Assembly: GCA_001782805.1 (NCBI GenBank)
Contig: MFPT01000008.1
Span: forward strand, 13,162 to 77,161
DNA length: 64,000 nt
From: Candidatus Magasanikbacteria bacterium RIFCSPHIGHO2_01_FULL_41_23
GTDB lineage: Bacteria; Patescibacteriota; Patescibacteriia; Magasanikbacterales; UBA922
Direction of reading: 5' to 3'
Part shown: positions 43,252 to 54,336 of the stretch, piece after piece
Layout of the letters: each line of letters starts with the position of its first letter
Position numbering within the stretch: position 1 is the stretch's first letter
Notes under the pieces: generated by a model
The model's database searches: none
Seen by the model: the letters and a program-made list of their open reading frames with translations, nothing else
Told to the model about the DNA's origin: nothing
Translations under genes and position numbers: made by a program

Positions 43252-44307
43252 ATGTTGGAAAATAATTCTGTCCAATTCTATTTAATTACCGGCGGATCTG
43301 GTTTTTTGGGTATTAATTTGACGCGGTATTTGTTGGTGCAAGGACATCGCGTTCGTACCTTGGATTTGTTGCCTTTTGATTATCCTGAATCCGATCGAGT
43401 GGAGGCGATTATCGGTGATATTCGGGATAAAGAATGTGTTGATACGGCGATGAAAAATATTGACATTGTCGTGCATGCGGCCGCGGCTTTGCCGCTGTAT
43501 TCTGAGGAAGATATTATGACGACTGATGTGAATGGAACCGGAAATATTTTGACCAGCGCATTCACGCACAATGTGCAACGCGTTATTCATATTTCTTCTA
43601 CGGCAGTATATGGAATTCCGGATCATCATCCATTGCTGGAAACCGATAAGCTCGACGGTGTCGGCTCGTACGGCCAAGCCAAAATTTTGGCCGAAGAAGA
43701 ATGTTTGAAATTTCGCGCTAATGGCCAATGCGTTCCGATTATTCGTCCTAAATCTTTTGTGGGGCCTGAGCGTTTGGGAGTATTTGCTTTGTTTTATGAT
43801 TGGGCCAAAGACGGACATAATTTTCCCATGATTGGTAATGGTAAAAATCAATATCAATTGCTGGATGTGGAAGATTTGTGTGTGGCGATTTATTTGTGCG
43901 CGATCAAAGATCGCATCGTAGTGAATGATACTTTTAACATTGGTGCCAAAGAATTTACGACTATGGGAGAGGATTATCAGGCAGTTTTGGATCGCGCGGG
44001 TTTTGGTAAAAAAATTATTGGTTTGCCAGCCGTGCCAGTTATTTTGACTTTGCGTTTGTTGGAAGCTTTGAGATTATCGCCACTATACAAATGGGTATAT
44101 GAAACCGCGCATAAAGATTCCTTTGTTTCTATAGAAAAGGCTGAACAAAAATTGGATTGGCATCCCAGATTTTCCAATAAGCAGGCATTAGTCAAAAATT
44201 ACGAATGGTATTTGGCTAACTTGAAAAGTTTTGCCGGAAAATCCGGTGTTTCGCACCGTGTGCCGTGGAAACAGGGGATACTGGGATTGGTAAAATTATT
44301 CTTTTGA
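43252..44307 (+). CDS. NAD-dependent epimerase/dehydratase family SDR
   Basis: ITGGSGFLGINLTRYLLVQGHRV Rossmann motif. YGQAKILAEEE contains YxxxK. Confidence 0.7.
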   Translation: MLENNSVQFYLITGGSGFLGINLTRYLLVQGHRVRTLDLLPFDYPESDRVEAIIGDIRDKECVDTAMKNIDIVVHAAAALPLYSEEDIMTTDVNGTGNILTSAFTHNVQRVIHISSTAVYGIPDHHPLLETDKLDGVGSYGQAKILAEEECLKFRANGQCVPIIRPKSFVGPERLGVFALFYDWAKDGHNFPMIGNGKNQYQLLDVEDLCVAIYLCAIKDRIVVNDTFNIGAKEFTTMGEDYQAVLDRAGFGKKIIGLPAVPVILTLRLLEALRLSPLYKWVYETAHKDSFVSIEKAEQKLDWHPRFSNKQALVKNYEWYLANLKSFAGKSGVSHRVPWKQGILGLVKLFF

Positions 44308-44325
44308 AGACATCAAGAAATAAAT

Positions 44326-45396
44326 ATGAAATTGTTGGTAATTACTCAAAAAGTTGACAAAAATGATTCTAATTTGGGATTTTTTCACGCTTGGCTGGAA
44401 AAAATCGCTCAGCGCGTGGATTATTTGTATGTCATCTGTTTAGAAAAAGGAGAGTATTCTTTGCCTGAAAATGTTACGGTCTTGTCGCTTGGTAAAGAAG
44501 AAAATCGATCGCGGCTAAAATATCTTTGGCGTTTTTATTTTTATATTTTTAAATATGAGAAAGAATACGATGGAGTTTTGGTACACATGAATCCGGAATA
44601 TATTGTTTTGGGAGGATGGTTGTGGCGGCTTTGGCAGAAGAAAGTTTTATTATGGTACACGCATAAATCAGTGGATTTGAAATTAAAAATTGCGGAAAAA
44701 TTGGTCACAAAAATTTTTACCGCATCAAAAGAAAGTTTTCGTTTAAAGAGCAATAAAGTTGAAATTGTTGGGCATGGGATTAATGTCGCAGAATTTTGGT
44801 CATCAACAAGCTCAGGACGAGCATATTATGACCAGAACTTGGTACTGAAATTAATTACCGTGGGCAGAATCGCTCCAGCAAAGGATTTGGAAACTATTAT
44901 TAAAGCCGTTGTTTATTTAATTGAAAAAAAATCAGGATTGTCTGTTTCGCTCGATATTATTGGCGAAGCGATTTTGCCGCAGGATATTGTGTATCAAGAA
45001 AATTTAAAAAATAAATACGCGCAATTTTCCCAGACGATTAAATTTTTAGGCAAAAGAAATCATCAAGAGATGCCAAAGGAATATCAAAGTCATCAACTTT
45101 TCGTACATTCAAGCAAAACGGGGAGTGTTGATAAAGTTGTGCTGGAAGCTTTGGCCTCAGGCTGCCCAGTGGTGACATCAGGTGAAGCTTATGCCGACGC
45201 TGTGCAACAAGGAGTCGTCTTTGTTTTTCCTATTGGAGATTATAAAAAATTAGCTGAAGCTATTGAAAAAACCCAGAGTTCTGGCATACTTAACTCGGAT
45301 AAATTGCCAAATGTGTCTGCGATTGAATATGTGCGGAAAAATCATAATCTGGATTTATTAATAAATAGAATTCAAGGTTATTTTAGCCAAAAATAA
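44326..45396 (+). CDS. glycosyltransferase family 4
   Basis: [35 protein letters not shown]. Confidence 0.7.
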   Translation: MKLLVITQKVDKNDSNLGFFHAWLEKIAQRVDYLYVICLEKGEYSLPENVTVLSLGKEENRSRLKYLWRFYFYIFKYEKEYDGVLVHMNPEYIVLGGWLWRLWQKKVLLWYTHKSVDLKLKIAEKLVTKIFTASKESFRLKSNKVEIVGHGINVAEFWSSTSSGRAYYDQNLVLKLITVGRIAPAKDLETIIKAVVYLIEKKSGLSVSLDIIGEAILPQDIVYQENLKNKYAQFSQTIKFLGKRNHQEMPKEYQSHQLFVHSSKTGSVDKVVLEALASGCPVVTSGEAYADAVQQGVVFVFPIGDYKKLAEAIEKTQSSGILNSDKLPNVSAIEYVRKNHNLDLLINRIQGYFSQK

Positions 45397-45397
45397 T

Positions 45398-46093
45398 ATG
45401 AAATTGTCGATTGTGGTGCCAGTGTATAATGAAGCCAAGACAATTATTTCACTTTTGGCCGCGGTTGAGGCGGTGGCTTTGCCTAACCTAGAGAAAGAAA
45501 TAATTATTGTCGATGATGGTTCAACTGACGGCACGTGTGATATTTTAAAAGGATTGTCCGGATCATTATATACAATTCATTTTCAGGGAAAAAATCAAGG
45601 TAAGGGAGCGGCGCTGCGTCAGGGTTTTTCTTTGGCTACTGGCGATTTTATTATTATTCAAGACGCGGATTTGGAATATGATCCAGAAGAGTATCCGTTG
45701 TTATTGGGGCCTCTCCAAAGTGGAAAAGCCGATGTAGTATTTGGTTCTCGTTTTATCGGGGATCGGCCGCATCGAGTTTTATTTTTTTGGCATTCAGTGG
45801 GAAATAAATTGTTGACAATTTTTTCTAATATGCTGACTGACTTGAATTTGACTGATATGGAAACGTGTTACAAAGCGTTTACGCGTGAAGCTTTGCAGAA
45901 AATTTTGCCACAATTAACCGCCAATCGATTTAATATTGAACCGGAAATTACCGCGCGCGTGGCTAAAGCCAACTTAAGGATTTATGAAGTTGGAGTTTCA
46001 TATTATGGTCGTACTTATGAAGAGGGTAAAAAAATTGGCATAAAAGATGGTTTTTGTGCGCTTTGGGCGATTATCAAATTTAACCTCCTTTAG
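45398..46093 (+). CDS. glycosyltransferase family 2 (polyprenol-phosphate sugar synthase, DPM1-like)
   Basis: [14 protein letters not shown] ... [11 protein letters not shown] ... [14 protein letters not shown]. Soluble, 231 aa. Confidence 0.8.
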   Translation: MKLSIVVPVYNEAKTIISLLAAVEAVALPNLEKEIIIVDDGSTDGTCDILKGLSGSLYTIHFQGKNQGKGAALRQGFSLATGDFIIIQDADLEYDPEEYPLLLGPLQSGKADVVFGSRFIGDRPHRVLFFWHSVGNKLLTIFSNMLTDLNLTDMETCYKAFTREALQKILPQLTANRFNIEPEITARVAKANLRIYEVGVSYYGRTYEEGKKIGIKDGFCALWAIIKFNLL

Positions 46094-46095
46094 TT

Positions 46096-47328
46096 ATGGA
46101 AAATAAAGGCAAAATTTTAATTGTTACGCCACGTTTCCCCATACCGACCGCCGGTGCTTGTGAGCAAGACCGGTTGGAAGGGATCAAACAGCTTAAGCGT
46201 CTCGGATATGATATCAGAGTGATAGGAAAAATTTTTGATTTCCAAGACAAAAGTAAAATTGAATCTTTTTCAAAAGAGTTTGGTATCCACGTGGAAACGG
46301 TGCCATATATCTATACAAGGAAAAGAGATCATTTGGAAAAAATACGTTATTATATAAAACGATTTTTGTGGCCACCGTATTGGGACGGCGCGGCCGCTGA
46401 GTTTACTGAGCCGAACATCCGGCGCGTTGTTAGGGAATCTCTGCAAACATTTAAGCCCGATGTTGTTTGGTTTGACTATACCTATCTGTGGCCTTTGTAT
46501 AAGGAAATTAAACAGAAAAATATTCCTATTATTACTCGTTCAATTAATTTTGAACCTCGACATTTTCTTGAAGAAGATGGCCTATCGTTGATCAATCTTA
46601 TTCGTTGCCTCCCCAAGTTTATAAGTGAAATATTGGTAGCCAGGAGGAGTGACTGCATAGTTGCTCTTAATCCCAATGAAGCGAAAATATATGCAGCACT
46701 TGGTGCGAAACAAGTTTTTGTCCTTCCTTTACGAAAATTACCAGCTCTCATCGGAAAAAATACTGATATAAAAGACAATCACCCGTTACATGTTTTATAT
46801 ATGAGTTCTTCTTATACGGTTGCTCATAATCAGAGAGCGCTTCGCCTTCTCTTGAATAAAATAATTCCAATAATTCATCAAAAATATCCTAATCAATTCG
46901 TATTTCATTTTTCTGGATCAAAACTCCCGCCCAGCTTGTTTACTTTTATTGATGGCAAGACAGTAAAATATGAAGGTTATATTCCCATTGACCAGATGGA
47001 GTCTTTTTTGGCGAGGATTGATATTGTGGTAAGCCCATCTTCAAAAAAAGTAGGAATGCAACAGAAAGTCTTTGAGCCTCTAGTGCGGGGAATACCTCTT
47101 GTTACCTCTCCTTGCAATATTGTCGGTTATCCTTTTTATCACGAAGAGTCTGTCCTACTCGCTGTCACTCCGGATCAGTATGTGGATGCTTTACAAAAAC
47201 TTCGAGATTATGATCTTCGTAAAAAATTATCAAAAAATGCGGTGGATATAGCCACTACTTTATTTTCCAGGGAAATAGTAGATTCAACCGGTCAGTCAAT
47301 TATTGACAGTACTAAGAAATTAGACTAA
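46096..47328 (+). CDS. glycosyltransferase, GT4-like (divergent)
   Basis: C-terminal VVSPSSKKVGMQQKVFEPLVRGIPLVTS resembles the GT1-fold E-x7-E region. Weaker match than the other GT4 genes here. Confidence 0.5.
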   Translation: MENKGKILIVTPRFPIPTAGACEQDRLEGIKQLKRLGYDIRVIGKIFDFQDKSKIESFSKEFGIHVETVPYIYTRKRDHLEKIRYYIKRFLWPPYWDGAAAEFTEPNIRRVVRESLQTFKPDVVWFDYTYLWPLYKEIKQKNIPIITRSINFEPRHFLEEDGLSLINLIRCLPKFISEILVARRSDCIVALNPNEAKIYAALGAKQVFVLPLRKLPALIGKNTDIKDNHPLHVLYMSSSYTVAHNQRALRLLLNKIIPIIHQKYPNQFVFHFSGSKLPPSLFTFIDGKTVKYEGYIPIDQMESFLARIDIVVSPSSKKVGMQQKVFEPLVRGIPLVTSPCNIVGYPFYHEESVLLAVTPDQYVDALQKLRDYDLRKKLSKNAVDIATTLFSREIVDSTGQSIIDSTKKLD

Positions 47329-47369
47329 GATAATCTTTATTAAGTAGTAAATAGAATGATAAAATAAGT

Positions 47370-48653
47370 ATGAAAAAAATACAGGCTAGCACAAAAGAAA
47401 GAAAAACGTGTAGAATCTCAGGAGAAAAATTGATTCCACTTTTCTCTTTGGGTGAATTATTTGTTTCTGATTTTATTGCAGATGGTGTCTCGCCTCAACA
47501 AAAAAAAGTAGAATTACAATTTTGTCTTGCACCAAAATCAGGATTAGTTCAACTCGCACACTCAGCACCCGTTGATGATATGTATAGAAATTATTGGTAC
47601 CGATCAGGGACTAATACTGCCATGAAGGGTGAATTACGACAAATTGCTGAATCAGCACAGGCACTTGTCCGACATGAGAGAGGTGATTTGTTTGTTGATA
47701 TTGGGTGTAATGACGGCACCCTTTTAAGTTTTGTAGACACGACCATGGTTCGAGTGGGGTTTGATCCAGCAAAAAATAACTTTAAAGAGGCATCTAAAAA
47801 ATATGCAAATTTAATTATCAATGATTATTTTACGGCAGCATCTTTTTTAAAATCACGTTTCAAGAATAAAAAGGCAAAAATCATTACATCAATTGCCATG
47901 TTCTATGACTTGGAAGATCCGCACGCCTTTGTAGAAGATGTAAAATCTATCCTTGATACAGAAGGGTTATGGGTCATTCAGATGAGCTATCTTCCTCTCA
48001 TGTTACAGCAGTTAGCTTTTGATAATATTTGCCATGAACATTTAGAATATTATAGTCTTTCTTCATTGAAATTTTTGTTAGACAAACACGGTTTGGTGAT
48101 AGTAGATTGTCAATTAAATGATATAAACGGAGGGAGCTTTCGAATCTATATTAGAAAACAGGAGGCGAACCCGATCACTTTCGCAAATGCTCCGTGGAGA
48201 GATGTGGCTCGGTATCGAGTAGCCAGCATCCTTTCTCACGAAGAAAAATTAAAGCTAAAAGATGTCCAGACTTATAAAGAGTTCTATTTTCAAATAGAAC
48301 TTTTAAAGAAAAAGACTGTTTCCTTCATTAAGAAAGAAAAAGCCAAGGGGAAGAAAATCTGGGCATACGGAGCCTCTACAAAAGGTAATACTTTGCTGCA
48401 ATGGTTTGGACTTGATCATACTCTGATAGATGGTGTGGCCGAAAGACAGTCTACGAAATATGGGCTAAAGACTATTGGTACAAATATTCCCATTTATTCT
48501 GAATCAGTCATGCGCGACGCCAAGCCTGATTATGCTCTGGTCTTGCCATGGCACTTTATAGAAGAATTTCAAAGACGAGAACAGGATTTTTTAAAAAGCG
48601 GAGGAAAATTCATCGTGCCATGTCCTCAATTTGAGATTTTATCCTACTCATAA
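47370..48653 (+). CDS. SAM-dependent sugar C-methyltransferase (TylCIII/NDP-hexose C-methyltransferase-like)
   Basis: Class I MTase core [16 protein letters not shown]-terminal domain [21 protein letters not shown]...[15 protein letters not shown] matches the C-methyltransferase C-terminal domain pattern. Confidence 0.65.
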   Translation: MKKIQASTKERKTCRISGEKLIPLFSLGELFVSDFIADGVSPQQKKVELQFCLAPKSGLVQLAHSAPVDDMYRNYWYRSGTNTAMKGELRQIAESAQALVRHERGDLFVDIGCNDGTLLSFVDTTMVRVGFDPAKNNFKEASKKYANLIINDYFTAASFLKSRFKNKKAKIITSIAMFYDLEDPHAFVEDVKSILDTEGLWVIQMSYLPLMLQQLAFDNICHEHLEYYSLSSLKFLLDKHGLVIVDCQLNDINGGSFRIYIRKQEANPITFANAPWRDVARYRVASILSHEEKLKLKDVQTYKEFYFQIELLKKKTVSFIKKEKAKGKKIWAYGASTKGNTLLQWFGLDHTLIDGVAERQSTKYGLKTIGTNIPIYSESVMRDAKPDYALVLPWHFIEEFQRREQDFLKSGGKFIVPCPQFEILSYS

Positions 48654-48666
48654 TGAAGCTGTTCGT

Positions 48667-49656
48667 ATGAATAATAGTAAGAAAGCTTTAATTACTGGTA
48701 TTTCTGGACAAGACGGTAGCTATCTTGCTGAATTATTATTGTCCAAAGGATATGAGGTGCATGGTATTGTCCGTCGATCAAGTAGCGTGGTCAGGGAACG
48801 GCTGGAACATTTGTATCCACAATATCAAAATAAACTTTTATTCCTCCATTATGGCGATATGATGGATGGTAGTAGTCTTGCTCGTTTGCTTTACACTATT
48901 CAGCCGGATGAAATTTATAATCTAGCTGCCCAAAGCCACGTTAAAATTAGTTTTGATATTCCCGAGTATACTGCCGATGTTGGTGCTATCGGAGTTGTTC
49001 GTCTGTTGGAGTCAATACGTGATACCGGTATTAAGACTAAATTCTATCAAGCCTCTAGTAGTGAAATGTTTGGAAAAATTTTAGAAACACCACAAAAAGA
49101 AACCACACCATTTTATCCGCGCAGTCCCTATGCTTGCGCCAAAGCTTTTGCACATTACATTGCGGTTAATTACCGCGAGAGCTATGGTTTATTCACTTGT
49201 GGTGGCATTTTGTTTAATCATGAATCGCCACGCCGCGGAGAGAATTTTGTTACTCGTAAAATTACTCTTGGCGTAGCGAGTATATTGGCCGGTAAAGAGA
49301 AGAATATACACCTAGGCAATTTAGATGCCAAGCGTGATTGGGGGTATGCGCCTGATTATGTAGAGGCAATGTGGCGGATGTTGCAGTACCCTGAACCAGA
49401 TGATTATGTAATCGCGACCGAGGAAACACACTCAGTAAGAGAATTTGCTGAAGAAGCTTTCAAATTGGTAAATCTCGATTGGGAAAAGTATGTAATTGCA
49501 GACGAAAAATATTTTCGTCCTGCGGAAGTCGATTTATTGGTTGGTGATGCTACAAAAGCTCGCGAAAAATTGGGTTGGCGGCCGACTATCAAGTTTAAAC
49601 AACTCGTAAAAATAATGGTAGAGGCGGACTGCGAGACGCTTGGTATTAGTATTTAA
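48667..49656 (+). CDS. gmd: GDP-mannose 4,6-dehydratase
   Basis: [56 protein letters not shown] (YxxxK). The whole length resembles Gmd. ATG 48667 is used as the start. Confidence 0.85.
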   Translation: MNNSKKALITGISGQDGSYLAELLLSKGYEVHGIVRRSSSVVRERLEHLYPQYQNKLLFLHYGDMMDGSSLARLLYTIQPDEIYNLAAQSHVKISFDIPEYTADVGAIGVVRLLESIRDTGIKTKFYQASSSEMFGKILETPQKETTPFYPRSPYACAKAFAHYIAVNYRESYGLFTCGGILFNHESPRRGENFVTRKITLGVASILAGKEKNIHLGNLDAKRDWGYAPDYVEAMWRMLQYPEPDDYVIATEETHSVREFAEEAFKLVNLDWEKYVIADEKYFRPAEVDLLVGDATKAREKLGWRPTIKFKQLVKIMVEADCETLGISI

Positions 49657-49674
49657 GAGTTAGCGCAAAATTAA

Positions 49675-50658
49675 ATGTCAAAAAAGACGGCTTTTATAAC
49701 TGGAATTACCGGTCAAGACGGCGCGTATCTGGCGCAGTTTTTGTTAGAAAAAAAATATCAGGTAATCGGCTTAACTCATTCCTCGGAACGTCAAAGAATG
49801 TGGCGCTTGGATTATCTGGGTATACACGATCGAATAAAAATAATTTCAGGAAGTCTTCTTAATAACAAGTTCATAAAAAAAATACTGAGCGAGTACCAAC
49901 CACGGGAAATATACAATTTGGCGGGCGAATCAAATGTCGCAAAGTCTTGGGAACATCCGCAGGATACCTTCTTAATTAATAGTTTTGTCGTGGCTCAGTT
50001 GTTGGAGAATATTCGAGTGTACGCCCCTACCACCCGACTATTTCAAGCTTCCAGTGCCGAAATTTATGGCAACTCGTTACAACCAGCTACTGAAGAAATC
50101 AATTCTTTTTCGCCTTTGAATCCCTATGCTACTTCAAAATTGGCGGCACATTTTTTGATAAGAAATTACCGCGAACAATATAATTTATTTTTAAGCAACG
50201 GGGTGTTATTTACACATACTTCGCCGCTGCAAATAGATTCCGCCTTCGTTAAAAATATCGTCCGCGGTGTAGCTAAAATTTTTTTGGGTCAGACGGATTG
50301 TATTATTATTGGAGATATTCGTATGCAAAGAGATTTTTCTTTTGCCGGCGATGTAGTTGGTGCGATGTGGCTGATACTGCAACAAAAACAGCCACGAGAT
50401 TTTATTATTTCTTCCGGCATTACTCGAACTGTAGAAGAGTTTGTTGAATTAGCTTTTGAGTGTGTTGGTATTAAAAAATGGCGTCGGTATATTAGAAAAA
50501 ATCCGGAGTTAATTGGAAAACGAAGTTTACGAAAAATGTCAGGCTCTAACGAGGCTTTAAAAAAAATTGGCTGGAAGCCAAAGGTCAGCCTAGACCAGTT
50601 AGTAAACATGATGATGGATTTTGAGTTAAAAAATACCAAAAAAGATTTTATTTTATGA
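49675..50658 (+). CDS. Gmd-paralog SDR, probable GDP-4-keto-6-deoxy-D-mannose reductase (Rmd-like)
   Basis: AFITGITGQDGAYLAQFLLEKKYQVIGL. YATSKLAAHFLIRNYREQYNLF. Immediately follows gmd, the usual gmd-rmd arrangement for GDP-D-rhamnose. Confidence 0.55.
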   Translation: MSKKTAFITGITGQDGAYLAQFLLEKKYQVIGLTHSSERQRMWRLDYLGIHDRIKIISGSLLNNKFIKKILSEYQPREIYNLAGESNVAKSWEHPQDTFLINSFVVAQLLENIRVYAPTTRLFQASSAEIYGNSLQPATEEINSFSPLNPYATSKLAAHFLIRNYREQYNLFLSNGVLFTHTSPLQIDSAFVKNIVRGVAKIFLGQTDCIIIGDIRMQRDFSFAGDVVGAMWLILQQKQPRDFIISSGITRTVEEFVELAFECVGIKKWRRYIRKNPELIGKRSLRKMSGSNEALKKIGWKPKVSLDQLVNMMMDFELKNTKKDFIL

Positions 50659-52949
50659 ATGAAAAAATATTTATTTCCATTGCCACTTATAATGAAAAGG
50701 AAAATATAGAAAAACTAATTCGAAGAATTTTTGATCTAAAGATTAATAATTTGTCAGTGATAGTAGTGGACGACAATTCACCTGATGGCACTAGTGCAGT
50801 GGTGAAAAAAATGCAAAATCAATTTCCTTCTATTTTTTTGATTGAACGTTCAGACAAGTTGGGTTACGGAGCTGCTCACAAGGTCGCTTTTGTTAAGGCT
50901 CTAGAAAGTGGGGCAGAAATAATTATTTCAATGGATGCGGATTTCTCTCATGATCCAAATGAAATACCGAATTTAATTACTCAAATTGAAAAAGGCTATG
51001 ATGTTGTTGTAGGTTCACGTAAAGTAAATGGTGGAAAAATTGTCGGCTGGGGTTTATGGAGAAAATTTTGTAGCATCGGAGCTACTGTGGTTGCCAGATT
51101 GGTACTGGGTATTAGGACTCGTGATTTGACAACCGGCTTTAGAGCGTACAAAAGAAAGGTATTTGAAATTATCAGTATCGATGAAATCACGAGCACAGGG
51201 TATTCTTTTTTGGAAGAATCCATTTACCTGATAGAAAAATACGATTTTAATGTCAAAGAAATTCCCGTAGTGTTTTTAAACAGGGAGTACGGAAAATCCA
51301 AATTAACGTGGCAGGAAATCATTTATTTTTTTAAAACCATTTTTGAATTAAGAATTAATTCATGGAATAAATTTTTTTTGAATAAACAAAATATTCCTTT
51401 AATTTTATTGAGCGTTTCTTTTTTTATTGGTATATGGCATGCTCTGCCGATGTTAGATGTCGTAGGAGACGAAATGTATTATGTCGGGGGTGTTTTAAGA
51501 GCGATGGAAAACTTTACTTTGATACCCGCGTTCGGAGAAGTGCCCTATGGCACTATAACTTATTTACTGAATTATGTTTTAATTGGCGGATTTGTCTTGA
51601 TACTTTTTTTCTTTTTCGAATTTAATATATACAATTTAAAACTTTTTTTAATACAATCGCCTGGGATAATGTATTTGATACCAAGACTGTTAAGCGCATT
51701 TTTAGCAATGGTTTATTTGGGTTTATTCAACAAAGTCTTAAAAAGAGAAATAAAGGATTATAAAAGTCGGATGTTTATTCTAGTTTTAACATTTACTAAC
51801 ATGCTGATTGTTTCCGTACTTCATACGGGAAAAATGTGGATTTTGAGCACACTCTTAGTTTTGATTTCTTTTTATTACCTTTTTCAAACTTTAGATAGCG
51901 AAATAAATTTGGATAAGAGTAAAAAAAATGGGTACATTTTTTTGAGCATTTTATTTGGTTTTTTGGCTACTGCAAACTTTATTTTTTTTGGTTTTGCCCT
52001 TATAAATATTCCATTACTTTTGATATTTTTTAGACGTGATAAAGAAAAACAAATAAAGATATTGAAATACACGTTTATTTCTTTGTTAGTTTTTGCAGTC
52101 ATTCTTTGTCTGAATTTTGCCAACACCAAGGAATTGATTATGGGGCTGTGGATTGAACGTAATCAGACAGCAGTAGGGCAGAATTTGACTATTATGAGTT
52201 CTTTTTGGCTTTATTTTAAGAAAATTTTAGTTTTTTTCCCATTGCATATTTTGGCTATTGCTTTGACCTTGAAAGAAAATATTAAAAATAAAAAACTCTT
52301 TGTAATCTCAGTTATTTATTTTTTTACTTATTTTATTTTAGTTTCCGTAATTGGTACACGGTCATTCACCGTTTACGCCTATTATCGCTATGTGTTTCCA
52401 CTCGGATTTTTTTTATCCCTGATTTTAATCAGTTTAAATTTTAAATTTAGAAAATATTTTTATATAATCAGTGCGATTTCCATATTTTATTTTATTTTTA
52501 TTCTTTATTTTATTTCCGTTCCTACTACCTATAACAAAGCTCATAATTGGGTTATAAATAATTTGAATCAGGGAAATGTGGTAGTATTAAATGGAATTCG
52601 TCTTTTGGAATTGCCTAAAAATAAGGAATCTTATATGTCGTACCAGAAAGAAGCGTGTGCCACTAAGTGTCGTAATACCATAGATAATAATCTGAATGCA
52701 AGTATAAAATTTTTTACCAAAGATTGGCATAGTGAACCTAGTACGGTACCCGTGGCTGGTAGCGAGGTATATTATATTGAATACGACCAAAATCCGAAAG
52801 TCGGACAGGAACAAGTGGCTGAATTTTCAAACAAGGCGAATAACGCATTTGACCTTGAGACACATGTGGCAAATTATTTTGATCTTGATTTTTTTCATAT
52901 CAAAAATTTTGGATCAGATATTTTTATTTACAAAGATAAAATTAAATGA
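50655..52949 (+). CDS. fusion protein: N-terminal GT2 polyprenol-phosphate glycosyltransferase plus C-terminal polytopic GT-C-like membrane domain
   Basis: IFISIATYNEKENI ... VIVVDDNSPDGT ... MDADFSHDPNEIP (GT2). It is followed by more than 12 TM helices over ~500 aa. Confidence 0.7.
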   Translation: MNEKIFISIATYNEKENIEKLIRRIFDLKINNLSVIVVDDNSPDGTSAVVKKMQNQFPSIFLIERSDKLGYGAAHKVAFVKALESGAEIIISMDADFSHDPNEIPNLITQIEKGYDVVVGSRKVNGGKIVGWGLWRKFCSIGATVVARLVLGIRTRDLTTGFRAYKRKVFEIISIDEITSTGYSFLEESIYLIEKYDFNVKEIPVVFLNREYGKSKLTWQEIIYFFKTIFELRINSWNKFFLNKQNIPLILLSVSFFIGIWHALPMLDVVGDEMYYVGGVLRAMENFTLIPAFGEVPYGTITYLLNYVLIGGFVLILFFFFEFNIYNLKLFLIQSPGIMYLIPRLLSAFLAMVYLGLFNKVLKREIKDYKSRMFILVLTFTNMLIVSVLHTGKMWILSTLLVLISFYYLFQTLDSEINLDKSKKNGYIFLSILFGFLATANFIFFGFALINIPLLLIFFRRDKEKQIKILKYTFISLLVFAVILCLNFANTKELIMGLWIERNQTAVGQNLTIMSSFWLYFKKILVFFPLHILAIALTLKENIKNKKLFVISVIYFFTYFILVSVIGTRSFTVYAYYRYVFPLGFFLSLILISLNFKFRKYFYIISAISIFYFIFILYFISVPTTYNKAHNWVINNLNQGNVVVLNGIRLLELPKNKESYMSYQKEACATKCRNTIDNNLNASIKFFTKDWHSEPSTVPVAGSEVYYIEYDQNPKVGQEQVAEFSNKANNAFDLETHVANYFDLDFFHIKNFGSDIFIYKDKIK

Positions 52950-52983
52950 ATTTGAACCCAAGCGGTCAGAAAGATGATTAAGT

Positions 52984-54333
52984 ATGAACTGGAGTATTTT
53001 GAAAAAAATTAAAGATAAAAAATCATATTCAATTATTATTTTCTTGGTAATTTTTTGTGTTACGTTGGGTTACTCGTTCTATCACAGAATCGAGCCTGTA
53101 GTAGACGCCAAAGCGTACGATAAAATAGCAGTCAATCTGGTCAATGGGTTTGGTTTTAGGGAAGATCGTACACAGAACTATCAGTTTGATACGGCAATTA
53201 TTAGGGCTGGTCCGGGCTATGAATTTTTTTTGGCGACTATTTACAACGTGTTTGGCTATCATTATGAAGCAGTCTGGATTATTCAGGCTATTCTTCATGT
53301 ACTTTCCGCTCTTTTGTTATTTTTTATCAGTCGTAAATTATTTGTGGAAAAAGGTGAGCAGATTGGTTTAATTGCCGCCGGTCTCTTTGGCTTTCATCCT
53401 GATCTGATTGAGATTTCTGCCATGCTTATGACAGAGACGCTCTATCTGTTTTTTATTATTCTCGTGGCATGGTTTTTGGTAGATAGCTACCAAGCTTTGC
53501 GACGAACGTTTTGGCACAGCATAGTATTTGGTTTGGTGACCGGCTTTGCCATCCTCACTCGTCCGACCGTTATCTTGTTTATTGTAGTCATTGGAGCTTT
53601 CTGTCTGTATCAAAAAAAATACCGTATTTTATTTTTATTTGGTCTGGGATTGGTGGCAACGCTCACGCCCTGGGTTATACACAATTATCTTATTTTTCAT
53701 CAATTTATCTTGACCACCCTTATTGGGAGCTATAATCTGTGGGTAGGGAATACGCTTTTGGCGAATGGTGGACAAATTGCCGGCGGTTTTAACCCTCTCA
53801 CTACCTATACTGCCGTGCACGGATTTTTTAATTTAAAAGAGCAGGCGAATCAGGAGTTTCTGACCTTTGTTTTTACCTATCCGTTCGTTTTTTTGAAACT
53901 GGTCGCGCTTCGTTTTATCCGCTACTTTAGTCTAATCCGTCCGATGGGTTTTTGGTTTTACCAAACTGGTTTTAGCCAAGCTCTTTTTGTGGCATCTTCG
54001 GCTTTTGCTCAAGCACTACTTTTCGTCTGTGGTTTTTCTGGTATGCTGGTGGCATGGCGAACCAGGCAACTACTATGGCGGTATCTTGTTATTCTGGCTT
54101 TAATGGCACCCATCCCACTTATCGCCACAGTTGTCGAATCACGTTATCGTTTTCAAATTTATCCTTTTTTAGCTTTGTTCGGTGGCTATGCAATAGTGCA
54201 GTGGGAACAAAAACTAAGCTGGTTTAAACAGAGGTATTTTATGATCCCATTTTTGTTTTTTGTAATAGTGAGTATTATCGATTTATTTTTGTTTAGCGAT
54301 GTGGTATTAGAACACTTAAATCGCCTATTTTAA
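52984..54333 (+). CDS. GT-C family membrane glycosyltransferase (ArnT/PMT-like, GT39/GT83)
   Basis: Polytopic protein. First periplasmic loop carries the acidic motif IEPVVDAKAYDKIAV (DxD/AKxYD-like). Architecture typical of polyprenyl-phosphate-sugar-dependent transferases. Confidence 0.65.
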   Translation: MNWSILKKIKDKKSYSIIIFLVIFCVTLGYSFYHRIEPVVDAKAYDKIAVNLVNGFGFREDRTQNYQFDTAIIRAGPGYEFFLATIYNVFGYHYEAVWIIQAILHVLSALLLFFISRKLFVEKGEQIGLIAAGLFGFHPDLIEISAMLMTETLYLFFIILVAWFLVDSYQALRRTFWHSIVFGLVTGFAILTRPTVILFIVVIGAFCLYQKKYRILFLFGLGLVATLTPWVIHNYLIFHQFILTTLIGSYNLWVGNTLLANGGQIAGGFNPLTTYTAVHGFFNLKEQANQEFLTFVFTYPFVFLKLVALRFIRYFSLIRPMGFWFYQTGFSQALFVASSAFAQALLFVCGFSGMLVAWRTRQLLWRYLVILALMAPIPLIATVVESRYRFQIYPFLALFGGYAIVQWEQKLSWFKQRYFMIPFLFFVIVSIIDLFLFSDVVLEHLNRLF

Positions 54334-54336
54334 AGT

